Source: Squalus acanthias (lineage: Eukaryota). Taken from it: DNA of 64,000 nt. Positions 1 to 12,412 of this stretch are shown here, piece by piece. The position numbers were made by a program, and so were the translations under genes. Under the pieces are notes generated by a model. That model saw nothing but the letters and a program-made list of their open reading frames with translations, did not search any database and was not told the DNA's origin. Location: the NCBI GenBank assembly GCA_030390025.1, contig CM059431.1:131938001-132002000 (forward strand). Reading direction: 5' to 3'. Position 1 is the stretch's first letter; each line of letters opens with the position of its first letter.

Positions 1-1950
1 CTGGGCAGTAACGTGACAAAGCGAGTGATGTGCCCATCCGGGAGCGGCAGCAGGCAGGCTTTGCCAATTTGAACGGCTGGGCCCCTTCATGTCGCTTGCT
101 AAGTTCCTGACCAAAACGGCCAGGACGGTGGGACGTGGCTGCCTGCCCATTAGAATTAGGTGGCAGGAGGCCACCGGCGGGGACCCAGAGGTACCAGTTT
201 TTCCTTCCTCCTACAATCTACAGACTGTTTGACCAAGTTTGGCATCACCTAATTACAACTACTTTATCCATCTCATTTTGTCTCCTGCTCTTTTCTACCT
301 TGGTGGTGGTCTGCACATTGGCCTTGAGCTTTCCCCTAGATTTCTTAATTTAAAAAACCACTAATGTTGTCATTTCCGTTTGGTTTGATGGTCATTAAAA
401 AAAAAGTTTATTTTCAGAAAGTGAAGAATCATTTGGGCTTCAATTTTGTGATTTAGCGCTCCAGGCACAAAACTTTGTGCAACAGAAGCACGTAATGGGA
501 ATTAATGGACAGAAACTCGTATGGACCACGAATCGGGTATGCTCAACCTCTGTGCCCGAATTCCCAATATTCCTGTTGCTTGAAGCACTAAATCATAAAA
601 TTTATTCCAATATCTGCAGCAGTGGGAGTTATTCTCTGGTGCCTATCCATGGAGTTAGTGAAAAAGATTCCTGACTATTCCAGTATTTGAGCCCAAGACA
701 ATGATACCTTTTAAGTACAAGATCTCATGATGCTCAAGTGGAGCCTCCTGCTGAATTAAGCATTGTTGGCATCAATGAGGGTAAAGATTACAAATTCTGG
801 TGGAGAGGTCAGCGGGCCCCACAGGATTTTCCATCTATTGATCTTAATCACGTCGCATGCCCTTTCTTTCGCCCTAACCCTTTGTGACTTCCCTCTTCAT
901 CCAAATCAGTTTTGCTGTTTGGTTTTGCCCTCAACTTGTTTCTGGAATGTTATCCCACATGATAGTGAGGAATTGGGTGGGGGAACCAAACCTATGCCAG
1001 CTCAGAAGAGACCCCTGAGATTTCCTCTCAGTTTACAGTATGCATTAACAGCAGTGTTGTGCTGTGAGCTTGTGTCCACTGGGAATTGGGTTAAAACTCA
1101 TTGCACTTTCAACTCATCAGAAAGACTCTTAATCTAAAATGTCTGGACCTGATTCAAACCCAGGTCAAGTGCTGAAAGTACAATGTTCTTCCCCACAACA
1201 CCATCAAACAAGCTTGTGTTGTGAGCTCATACAGCAGATATGTTTTTGATCAGTGAGTCCACAATTCCCATAAACATAGTTTGATGATGAAGTATTGTAG
1301 GTTGGGGTAATTAAAGTTGCATAACCACAACATTCATTATTTATCTGAAGAGTAGTTATTAGAATAAGTGGCTTCTGGGAAAAAATGCACAAAATTTCAA
1401 TTTGACTTCAAAAATATAAGATTTAACATAAAAAAGGATTGTATTATTTATGGATTAATTGGGATATAAGAGAGAGAGCTGGTCATACTTGCCTTCATGA
1501 ATCAGCACTGCTCATCATGCTGTGAAGCAACTATTTTCTTTATAGAAATGTTATTTTAGCTGGGTAAACACCAGCCTTTTATATAACTGTAGTAATTGCC
1601 AATTGTAGGGAATGTTCCGGAAAGTTTCTGAATGTGCACAGAGTTGTTCTCTCTTAAAGCAATGATTACATGATACAACTGACATAACTAGGGAGATGTT
1701 TTCTTCTGTGCATTAATTTTGACAAAACAGTAGTTGTGTGTAAATGGGGGGAAATCAAGAACTTTCTTATTCTGTTGTAACCCTGCTGGGAGTTTTCCTT
1801 CCATTCTAAAATGTGTTAGCCGACATTAACAAAAACATGCTTGTCAAGGTCTGTTAAAGACCAAATCAGAGAGTCTTGTACAAAGTTGCACATAGCAGGC
1901 ACGGGGCAGGGAGGTGATGCAATAGAAAAGTGAGTCCTGAACTGCAGGTT

Positions 1951-3447
1951 ACATAAGAATATTATGAAATAGGAGCAGGAGTAGGCCATTTGGCTCCTCG
2001 AGCCTGCTCCGCCATTCAATAGATCATGGCTGATCTTTTACCTCATCTCCACTATTCCCATATCCCTTGATTCCCTTAATATTCAAAAATCTATCGATCT
2101 CTGTTTTGAATATACTCAATGACTGAGCCTCCACAGCCCTCTGGGGCAGAGAATTCCAAAGATTCACCACCCTCTGAGTGAAGAAATTTCTCCTCATCTC
2201 AGTCCTAAATGGCCAACCCTTTATTCTGAGACTGTGATCCCTGGTTCTAGACTCCCCAGCCAGGGGAAACATCCTCCCAGCATCTACCCTGTCAAGCCCT
2301 GTAAGAATTTTGTATGTTTCAATGAGATCACCTCTCATTCTTCGAGAATATAGGCCGAGTCTACTCAATCTCTCCACATAGGACAATCCCCCCATCCCAG
2401 GAATCAGTCTGGTGAACCTTCATTGCACTCCCTCTATAGCAAGTATCTTCTTCCTTAGGTAAGGAGACCAAAACTGTACACAATACTCCAGGTGTGGTCT
2501 CACCAGGGCCCTGTATAATTGCAGTAAGACGTCTTGGGGGAGAAATTCAGTATCGCCCCATTTGGGGCGCAATTATCAGCCGGGCGCAAAGATTAGCGCC
2601 TGGCGCTAATTATTGCCACCGACTGCAAACTTGACTTTTATCGCCCCTGGAGGTGATTGGAGCGCTAAATCAGGCGCTTCACACCTGTCTTAAGGTGCAA
2701 AGGCCGAGGAGCGAGGCGCTACCTCAGAGCGCTGGCGAAGCTCATGTGATGTCAGTCAGCAATGGAACACACACACAATGGCACGGGCCAGTTCTTAAAG
2801 GGGATGGTTGATCTTGCTTTCCATCCACATCCTGCTCATTGCAGCCTTGAATCTCGGCCTGGAGAAAACTGCACATCAAATCTGCTGGAAAGAACAATGG
2901 AGAGTACCAGGGAAAGAGCTTAGAGTGCAGCCCCCACAGTCTCTTCTAAATATATACAAGGAATGGCAAATCAAAATGAACCTGCAAAGTGCTGCTCAGT
3001 ACCCAAAACTCCTTCACACAGCGTTGAATCTCTCCAGAAGTCTCTCTCTCACTCTCAGAATGCGTGGTTCAAAAATGGCACCAACAATAAAAGGCAGGAA
3101 GCGGTCGCCTTTAAATAGCGCTCCCCCAGTCCCTTCATGACTGCAATTCGCTCCCCTCAACCTGTCGTTACTAGCATCAGGCAGTAAGGCAGGGGGTGCC
3201 ACTCAATATCCGCTCCGGGGCGATACCGGGGCGTTGTGCACTCGACTGACGTCACGATCTGCCGGCGCAGGAGATCGTGGCGGTAGTGTTTAGCGCTGCC
3301 GCAAAATGTCTAGTTAATTTCGCGAGCGGCGCAAACTTCGCCGCGCCTGGGCGCTAGATGCTTTGTGCCCCATTAGCGCCCTCTTAAGGCGCTAACGGGA
3401 GGCGCAACCAACTGAATTTTCCCCCCTTTACTCTTATACTCAAATCC
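1951..3447 (-). mobile_element. CR1-type LINE 3' fragment, interrupted by a MITE (2536-3425)
   Basis: ORF 2024-2395 encodes the CR1 ORF2 C-terminus (RRMRGDLIETYKIL..RNFFTQRVVNLWNSLP). The 3' UTR matches 12050-12146 and 28975-29070. LINE sequence gcagtaagacgtctt resumes as tactcttatactcaaatcc after the MITE. Confidence 0.9.
2536..3425. mobile_element. PIF/Harbinger-type non-autonomous element (MITE family A)
   Basis: TIR GGGGGAGAAATTCAGT / ACTGAATTTTCCCCC, 3-bp TSD CTT (2533-2535, 3426-3428), repeated subterminal TTAGCGCC/GGCGCTAA motifs. Splits a CR1 cleanly. Confidence 0.85.
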
Positions 3448-3679
3448 TGGTGTTCATCAACTGAAGAAAGGGCAGTATTCTGAGATACCATTATAGCACA
3501 GAGAAATGAAAGGAAAAAGGAGTTTTCAGTCCCACAGCATGCATGTGGTGGCCATTCTCAGCCATATTTTAGTGCATGTAGGAGGAGAAAGTGCCTGAAA
3601 CCGCAGAGGGCATAGAAGGTGCAACAAATACAAAACAAACTAAAAAAGCAATTGGTTTTACTGCACCAGAATCACTAGG

Positions 3680-3950
3680 AACATAGAAACGTGAATAACT
3701 TGTTTGGTCCACTGAGCCAACATAGAATTCCATAGAATCTACAGCACAGAAACAGGCCATTCGACCCAACTGGTCTCTACCGATCAGTGAATATATCTCC
3801 TCCCACTCTAATTACCTCTTCCCACCCTGCCCGCATATCCCTCTATTCCCTTCCTGCTCATGTATGCATCAAGCTTCCCCTTAAATGTGTAGTGTTCTCT
3901 GCTTCAACCATTCCATGTGGCAGTGAGTTCCACATTCTCTCCACTCTGCT
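3680..3950 (-). mobile_element. Degenerate CR1-type 3' end (LINE or CR1-tailed SINE)
   Basis: catagaatctacagcacagaaacaggccattcg..gagttccacattctc matches the CR1 3' ends at 13185 and 44260. Confidence 0.7.
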
Positions 3951-4092
3951 ATTTTTGTTCATTTTGTCAGCTCTATATTTTTAATGCTAATTCCCTGTTT
4001 TTTCATATCCCTTAAAATCTTACTTTCCAAGTAAGGATCGATTTCCCTTTTAAACATCTCAGTTAATTTTACACTCATCACCTTCTCACCTA

Positions 4093-4809
4093 GGGCCAGA
4101 AATTGGCCTCCTTAGCACCTCCTGTTACCGCCTCTGGGGGGCGATAACTAGGCGCTAAGCACTTACCGACCGGGTGCGGCAAGAAGATTGACTCCCGTTA
4201 TATTTGGCAGGAGGTTTGCGGTGGCGGTAGGGCATTGTGCCCCATCTCCTTCGCCCGGAGATCGTGACGTCATCGCCGTGCACATCGCCCCAGACCCGAA
4301 CTTCGGTTCTGCCCCCTGCAGCATCACCAGACGAAAACACCGGCAGCTGCAGGAGGCCGGGCACTTCGGGGGTGATACTTAAAGGCGAGGTGGCCGAGAT
4401 AAGTCAAAAAAATTCTGAAATGCTTTTTATCTTTTTCCATTTCTCTTCACCAGCGATCGATCAGCCCGGCACTCTGCTGCAGTGCATCGGGCCGGATCGC
4501 CGCTGCCGTCGGGGACCAGGTAAGTTTTCCTCTTGCAGAGCCTGCAGCGATGGCCCTTCCCTTTAAGGGAGGGAAGGAGCCTTCCAACGCGGCAGTGCTG
4601 CACGGCCCAGTGTGCAGCGCTGCACCCCTACCATCCCGCCTGCTGCTGCGCTCCAGGAAGGAAGTGGAGCGCTTGATTTAGCACTCCACTTCCTTCCTGG
4701 AGCACAAACCCCGAATTTTTAAAAGTTGGAAAGCATTAGCTCCTGCCACTAATTCTTTCAACTTTTAAAAGTTAGCGCCCCAAATGGGGCGATACCGAAT
4801 TTCTGCCCC
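4093..4809. mobile_element. PIF/Harbinger-type MITE (family A)
   Basis: TIR GGGCCAGAAATT / AATTTCTGCCCC, TSD CTA (4090-4092, 4810-4812). Interior is homologous to 36278-36961, 42211-42928 and (inverted) 51754-52486. Confidence 0.85.
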
Positions 4810-4812
4810 CTA

Positions 4813-6060
4813 ATCTTTGTGCGATGAAGATGTTTCTCGATTTGCTCTTGCTCGACTGAGCTTGAATGCTAAGATTATGTCCCCTAGCTGTGAATTCCTC
4901 TACTAGAGGGACAAGTTGTTTTCCTAGCTACCCGGTCAGTTACCTTCATTATTTTCAACAGCACAATCAGACCACCCCTCATAACCAAGGATAAACAGTC
5001 TTTCACTGTAACTTCATCCCAGGTATCATCCTGAGAATTAGTTCCTGGACTTTTTCCAAGGCCCAGTATATCCTTCCCAAGGTGGGGTAGCCAAAACTGG
5101 AACACTGTATTTAATTGAAGTTTTACCAACAGTTTGTTTAATTCAGCAGTACTTCCTTTTATATTCTATACCACTTGTACTGAAACCCAACGTCCTATTA
5201 GCTGTTTTGATCGCTTTTACACCAATAAGCTAGTGTTTTAATCAGTTACGTACGTTGACCCCTAAAAAATGTTGTGCTTCCCCATTTAAATTATACGCCC
5301 ATCTGCCGTTCTTATGTCCAAAGTGTACGACCTCTCACTATGTTAGGTTAAACTGTGTGGTTATAATATGAGCAGGGAGAAGGAGGTGCCTCATTTGCAC
5401 ACAGCGCGCATCAGAAATTTGGATGCAGCGACCCACAATTTTCTCTCCACATGGAGTTTCCCCAACGTTAGCACAAATTCATGAAATTGACCCGTATAGG
5501 TCGTCATTCCTTGCACTCACTTAATCTATATCCTGTTGCATTTTTCTGCTCACGTCTTCACAGTTCACTACACATCCTAGCTTAGTATTATTTGAGATAT
5601 ACATGTCTTTATTTCCAAATATAGGTAATTTATAGGTGAAAAGCTGTAGGCCTGGCACTGATTTGCGGGGGACACCCTTTGCCACTCCTTGCTGTCTTTA
5701 AGTTGGCTTTCTAACCATGCCACACTATGTGTAGTTCTGTGCACCTCAAATGTAGCTAGCAATCTCTTGTGTGGAACTCTCAGATGCCTTCTGAAAATCC
5801 ATGTATAGGACATCTACTGATCCTGATCTATCCAGTACTTTGTCAAAGAAAGTTTGTAGGTTAGTTAGGCATTAGCCACCTTTCACAAAACCATGCATAA
5901 TCTGCCTGATAAGCCCAGACTTCCACAAATGCTCACCTCTTCTTCCCTGACGATGGATTCCAGCAAAACCCACTGACTAATTGCTCGGTTTAACCCTTAA
6001 TTTTTGCCACCTTCCAGTCCTCTGATATGATTATCGAATCCAGTGCATTTTAGAGGATTA
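4813..6060 (-). mobile_element. Old, degenerate CR1 ORF2 fragment
   Basis: Degenerate RT motifs in short ORFs (VFQFWLPHLGKDI; ttctgaaaatccatgta = YMDFQK; VPHKRLL), with many frameshifts. Confidence 0.75.
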
Positions 6061-6199
6061 TAACTATCTTGGCATAACAGAAAATAATTCATGAGTTGGC
6101 TGAGTCTCAGCAGGGAGGCTGTGACTGAGGTGTGTCACCAAGTCTAATATGTGCACGGAGTGTAAACCATCCTCATTGTACTACATTGTACTACTAAGG

Positions 6200-8420
6200 A
6201 CACCAACATCTGGGGACTTGTGCCAAAATTGGGAGAGCTGTCCCACAGACTAGTCAAGCAACAGCCTGACATAGTCATACTCATAGAATCATACCTTTCA
6301 GCCAATGTCCCGAACTCCTCCAACACCATCCCTGAGTATGTCCTGTCCCACCGGCAGGACAGCCCACCAGGGGTGGCAGCACAGTAGTATACAGTTGGGA
6401 AGGAGTGGCCCTGGGAGGCCTCAACATTGACTCCGGACCCCATGAAGTCTCATGGCTTCAGGTCAAGCAAATCTCCAACTGGTTACCACCTACCGCCCTC
6501 CTTCAGCTGATGAATCAGGACTCCATGTTGAACACCACTTGGAAGAAGCACTGAGAGTAGCAACCACTTGGAAGAAGCACTGAGAGTAGCAAGGGCATAG
6601 AATGTACCCTGGGTGGGGGACTTCAATGTCCATCACCAAGAGTGGCTTGGTAGCACCAATACTGACCGAGCTGGCCGAGTCCTGAAGGACATAGCTGCCA
6701 GTCTGGGCCTGCGACAGGTGGAGAGAGAACCAACACGAGGGCAAAACCTACTTGACCTCGTCCTCACCAATCTACCTGTCGCAGATGCATCTGTCCATGA
6801 CAGTATTGGTAGCAGTGACCACCGCACAGTCATTGTGTAGACGAAGTCCCGTCTTCACACTGAGGACACCCTCCATCGTGTTGTGTGACACTACCACCAT
6901 GCTAAATGGGATAGATTCAGAACAGATCTAGCAGCTCAAAGCTGGGCATCCATGAGGCGCTGTGGGCCATCAGCAGCAGCAGAATTGTATTCCACTGCAA
7001 CTGTAAACTCATGGCCCAGCATATCCCTCACTCTACAATTACCATCAAGCCAGGGGACTAACCCTGGTTCAACAACGAGTGTAGAAGAGCATGCCAGGAG
7101 CAGCACCAGGCGTTCCTAAAAATAAGGTGCCAACCTGGGGAAACTGCATCACAGGACTACATGCATGCTAAAAAGCAGAAGCAGCATGCTATAGACAGGG
7201 CTAAGCGATCCCACAATCAATGGATCAGATCAAAGCTCTGCAGTCCTGCCACATCCAGTCGTGAATGGTGGTGGACCATTAAACAACTAACGGGAGGAGG
7301 AGGCTCCAAGAATATCCCCATCCTCTATGATGGTGGAGCCCAGCACGTGAGTGCAAAAGACAAGGCTGAAGCGTTTGCAACCATCTTCAGCCAGAAGTGT
7401 CGAGTGGATGATCCATATTGGCCTACTCCTGTGGTCACCACCATCACAGAAGCCAATCTTCAGCCAATTCGATTCACTCCATGTGATATCAAGAAACGGC
7501 TGAGCGCACTGGATACAGTAAAGGCTATGGGCCCTGACAACATCCCAACTATCGTGCTGAAGACTTGTGCTGCAGAACTAGCCGCGCCTCTAGCCAAGCT
7601 GTTCCAGTACAGCTACAACACAGGCATCTATCCGACAATGTGGAAAACTGCCCAGGTATGTCCTGTCCACAAAAAGCAGGACAAATCCAATCCAGCCAAT
7701 TACCGGCCCATCAGTCTACTCTCAATCATCAGCAAAGTGATGGAAGGTGTCATCGACAGTGCTATCAAGTGGCACTTACCAATAGCCTGCTCACTGTTGC
7801 CCAGTTTGGGTTCTGCCAAGACCACTCAGCTCCAGAACTCATTATAGCCTTGGTGCAAACATGTACAAAGGAGCTAGGTGTTCTGCGGCGAGTGTCTCAC
7901 CTCCTGACTCCCCAAAGCCTATCCACCATCTACAAGGCACAAGTAAGGAGTGTGATGGAATACTCTCCACTTGCCTGGATGAGTGCAGCTCCAACAACAC
8001 TCAAGAAGCTCGACACCATCCAGGACAAAGCAACCCGCTTGATTGGCACCCCATCCACCACCTTAAACATTCACTCCCTCCACCACCGGCGTACCGTGGT
8101 TGCAGTGTGTACCATCTACAAGATGCACTGCATACCACCTTGAAGGACAAGGGCAGCAGGCGCCTGGGAACACCATCACCTCCAAGTTCCCCTCCAAGTC
8201 ACACACCATCCTGACTTAGAAGTATATCGCTGATCCTTCATCGTCGCTGGGTCAAAATCCTGGAACTCCCTCCCTAACAGCACTGTGGGAGTACCTTCAC
8301 CACACAGACTGCAGCGGTTCAAGAAGGTGGCTCACCACCACCTTCTCAAGGGCAATTAAGGATGGACAATAAATGCTGGCCTTGCTAGCGACGCCCACAT
8401 CCCATAAACGAATAAAAAAG
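6200..8420 (+). mobile_element. CR1-group LINE family B (APE endonuclease + partial RT), internally deleted pseudo-element
   Basis: NIWGLVPKLGEL..PDIVILIESYL, GDFNVHH, LDLVLTN and SDH endonuclease motifs; ANYRPISLLSIISKVME in the RT N-terminus; the RT core is missing at ~7875 (TKEL|GVLRRV). The 3' end aataaatgctggccttgc..gaataaaaaa is shared with 14460, 15140, 24390 and 33090. Confidence 0.9.
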
Positions 8421-8684
8421 TCAGGACTACTCTGAAGTTTAATTCCACACGGACCCTTCACTTAACCAGAGGCAAAATTAAATGGCTGAATCATGTGATG
8501 TTACCTGTGATTACTCCATTAAGGAGGTAACTAAGATCCTGTTTTATTACATACCAACTTACATGCATACATTTGAGCAAGCACCACCAACAATGGCAGC
8601 AAAAGCAGTTTTATTACATTATGGCTCTCCTGAGGGAAAGGGCATGATGGATGAATGCATTACCCCCCCAATCAGAAAATAATG

Positions 8685-8935
8685 CATGTCAGTGCACATT
8701 TCCTGGGGAATATATGATGCTTTTATTCTGCTAACATTAAATAGGATGTGATCCTTTGAAGAAGGGACGATGACGCTTCTACAGTATTGACCCTGCAGAC
8801 CCCCATACAATACCACATGGGTAAATTAGACATGAACAGACATCTGGGATGCTAAAGTAATGCCTCAGATATTCAGAGGGTAAGTACTTAAAATATACCC
8901 CAGAGAAAGTTGGCAAAGTGCTAAATATATATGCC
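8685..8935 (+). pseudogene. Harbinger (HARBI1/DDE_Tnp_4-like) transposase relic, C-terminal part
   Basis: Manual translation across stops and frameshifts gives VSAHF.G..YDAFIL and EQTSGMLK*CLRYSEGKYLKYTPEKVGK, resembling the Harbinger motifs A.FPGS.HDAFIL and EQTIGMLK.RFRCLD.SGG.LQY.PE.V. Confidence 0.55.
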
Positions 8936-9104
8936 GCATGGACAGAGGCCTCACCATTGTGCAGCTGCAAGCCAAAGAAGACCAGGAAGATGATAGAGCA
9001 CAGCAGCTGAGAGCCACTTCAGCTATGGGGACAGAGGCAGGAGGATCTCATTGCCCATTTTCTTGTGGGTTCCACAATTGACCACTATTATTTTCTATTG
9101 GGAT

Positions 9105-9545
9105 ATTGTATTGGCTTGCCTCATTGGTAACACTTTTACCTCTGAATCAGAAGTTTGTGAATTCAAGCCTTATTATGACATGAGTTTATGATCTTGGCTG
9201 ACATTTCATTGTATTACTGGGGAGGACTGCACTTTCAAATGTGCCATCTTTTGGATAAGGTGTTAAATCGTGGTTCTGTTTGCCTGCTGAAGTGGATAGG
9301 AGGGATCCCATTTGAAGAAAAGCAGGAATTTCCCCCAATGTCCTGGCCAAACTTCCTCCCTCAACAAACACAACTAAAAACATTATCCTCTTTTCTATTC
9401 ATTAATTTGCTCTTTATGACTTCTTGTTGTGTATTGATTGGCTACCATGTTTGCCTATGTAACAATAACTACATATATAATTTAGTGATTGTAAAACATC
9501 TGGGATACCATTTGGACATGATAAAGTGCTAGATAAATGAAAATA
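9105..9545 (+). mobile_element. tRNA-derived DeuSINE-like SINE (SacSINE1-like), degenerate
   Basis: Reverse-complement homology to 17200-17630; tRNA-like head (ctcattggtaacac..gaattcaagcc). Confidence 0.65.
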
Positions 9546-9928
9546 ATTTTTTCTTTCTCAGACTTGCTAGTTGCTTTACCTGCTTAGTTTTTGCCTGGGA
9601 CTAAATATTTTCAGTTTGTTAACTGTTTGTTTATTTTAGAATCAAAGAATGATAACCTGCAACATATATTAGGAGTGAAATAATTGTGTTTGAATACATG
9701 TGTCTGTGCTTTTGCTGTTTATGTTGATTGCATTTTGCTGTTGCACCTACCCTTTAGAACTACTGAATGAACCTTTTTCAGGTGCCCTACCCCTAAGGGC
9801 TCCTCTAGCTGATGAAGTACAATGGTAGGTGGGTGCTCAGGCAATGGGGGACCTGCAAGGGAATCACAGGATCTGCTAACTGTATCTGCAACTTTCCTGA
9901 TAGACTTAAATCAGTGTCAAGAGTCTTT

Positions 9929-10470
9929 GGGGGAAAAATTGGGTCGTGCCCCCTTTTAGCACCCCGAATAAGTTAGCGCCCCCGCACCCGAAGTTCACTG
10001 GTAGTGCCCCAAGAGGGAGGCGGGGCGCTACTGGAAGCGCTCCGCCTCCCTCTTGGGGCGCTGCCGGCACTCCACGGGGGGACTGCACAGAAGGCTGGGG
10101 ATGGCAAAGCGGGCAGATGCTGGCACGCAGCCAGCAGCAAAAATGGGCGCCCGGCATCTTCCCTTTAATTTGCGCCGCCCTAGCTGCAGGTAGGCCCCCC
10201 TGACCCTGTCGGACATAGCATCCGGCGGTAAGTCAGGGGGCGCTACCGAAGATCGCAGCCGGGGCGCGAGCGGGGCCCTGCGCATGGCGATGATGTCATT
10301 GCCGGCGGCGCAGCATCGCGAGGCGCTAACGGTTACCGCCGCCGCTAACCTCCCGTTGAATTTCGCGGGAGGCGTTAGCAGCGCCGCGCCCAGGCGCTAG
10401 TTGCTTTGCACCCCGTTAGCGCCCTCTTAGGGCACTAATGGGAGGCGCAAAGCAACCGAATTTTTCCCCC
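9929..10470. mobile_element. PIF/Harbinger-type MITE (family A-related)
   Basis: Perfect 12-bp TIR GGGGGAAAAATT / AATTTTTCCCCC, TSD TTT. The right end is nearly identical to 3340-3425. Confidence 0.85.
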
Positions 10471-10945
10471 TTTGTCTTTGGATTCACTGGGGGCTCATTG
10501 CAGTCACCTGTGCAGTGCTGTGTCATGCCACAGAGCCGCTGCTAACATGAGTAGCTTCTGGCTACTCTTCGGTTTCTCAAACCAAGCCACTGCCTCACCA
10601 TGCCCACTGATCCTTCGGAATGTAAAATGGGTAGTGCAATTCCTCAGCACCTGTTCTACTCTTTACCCCAGGGTTAACAGTGGAATGGGTGCTGGGCCCT
10701 TCCAGAAGATCAGTGTGGATTAATACAGGATGATTTGGCAGAGGGGAATTAATTAATTACTCTGTGTGAGCATTTATTTTGCATTTAAATCTACAAATGC
10801 CACTTAACGTCATCTCCATATATATCCTTCACCTCAATATTTAGATAGGGTAATTTCACATGTGGAAATTCATTTTTTTCTCTGAGAGTGCAGAGATTTT
10901 CTAAAAAGATCTGTGACAGATACCAATTAACTCCCTCTCCATGTA

Positions 10946-12412
10946 CAGGAAACTCTTTATTAACCGGCACCGACGGGACCGGCGTGGTGCCGGTTAATCA
11001 AAAAGTCCGGATAACGGAGAGTTATATCTCCCACGTGGATAGAGAACTGGCTGTCAGATAGAAAACAGAGAGTTGGAATAAACGGCTCATTTTCTGAATG
11101 GCAGGCAGTAACAAGTGGGGTACCACAGGGATCTGTCCTGGGTCCCCAGCTGTTCACAATTTACATTAATGACCTGGATCAGGGAGTCGGATGCAGCATT
11201 TCCAAATTTGCAGACAACACTAAACTAGGAGGGGGGGTGGGCTCAGAGGAGGAGACCAGGAAGCTCCAGAGCGATTTGGACAGACTGGGTGATTGGGCGG
11301 ATAAATGGCAGATGCACTATAATGTGGACAAGTGCGAAGTTATCCACCTTGGGTGCAGGAACGGGAGGGCAAATTATTATTTAAATGGCAATAAATTGGG
11401 AGAGGGGGAAGTACAGAGAGACCTGGGTGTTCTTGTACACCAGTCACTGAAGGCGAGCATGCAGGTGCAACAGGCGGTCAAGAAGGCAAACGGTATGCTG
11501 GCCTTCATAGCAAAAGGGTTGGAATACAGGAACAGGGATACCTTGCTGCAGCTGTACAGGGCACTGGTGAGACCACACCTCGAGTACTGTGTACAGTTTT
11601 GGTCGCCTCATCTGAGGAAAGATGTTCTTGCCATGGAGGGGGTGCAGCGGCGATTCACCAGGCTGATACCAGGAATGGCGGGATTGACCTATGAGGAGAG
11701 ACTATGTAGTTTAGGGATGTACACACTGGAGTTTAGAAGATTGAGAGGGGACCTCATAGAAGTGTATAAAATTCTGACAGGTCTAGACAGACTAGATGCA
11801 GAAGGAATGTTTCCCTTGGCGGGTGAGAACAGAACTAGAGGACATAATTTAAGGATAAGGGCTGAACCATTTAGGACAGAAATGAGGGGGAATTTCTTCA
11901 CTCAGAGGGTGGTGAACCTGTGGAACTCATTGCCACAGAGGGCAGTGTACGCCAGCTCATTAAATATATTTAAGAGGGAATTAGATATATTTCTACAGGC
12001 AAAAGGGGTTAAGGGTTACGGAGAGAAGGCGGGGACGGGATACTGAATTGGAGGATCAGCCATGATCTCATTAAATGGCGGAGCAGGCTCGAAGGGCCGG
12101 ATGGCCTACTCCTGCTCCTATCTTCTATGTATCTATGTATCTATGTAACGTACGAGAGCCCCGTACACATTGACATGCGCCTGCATTCGGAGCTCCGTCT
12201 CCCCGGGAACCGCCAGCTGACCATCTGTCGATACCGGGCTGCACATTCACCTCCCAATCTACACGCTCCGATACAAGGCAAACGCCTCGGGGTTTTTTTA
12301 AAAGTTAATTTTAAACGAGAGATGAAGGAAAACCCCGGTTACCTACTCAAGAATTTTGCCGGTTAAGAGAGATTTCCGGATATTTGGGTGCCGGTTAATA
12401 AAGAGTTTCCTG
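10946..12412. mobile_element. Tc1/mariner-superfamily (pogo/Tigger-like) MITE of ~340 bp, split by a CR1 insertion
   Basis: Perfect 26-bp TIR CAGGAAACTCTTTATTAACCGGCACC (10946-10971 / 12387-12412) flanked by TA on both sides. Confidence 0.9.
11021..12146 (+). mobile_element. 5'-truncated, relatively young CR1 LINE
   Basis: GVPQGSVLGP region, a 269-aa uninterrupted RT C-terminal ORF (11237-12046), 3' UTR and (TCTATGTA)n 8-bp tail. Confidence 0.95.

Noticed and set aside
1204..1392. Cys-containing 62-aa minus-strand ORF with a possible acceptor near 1347
   Set aside because: No recognisable homology or partner exons; compatible with chance.
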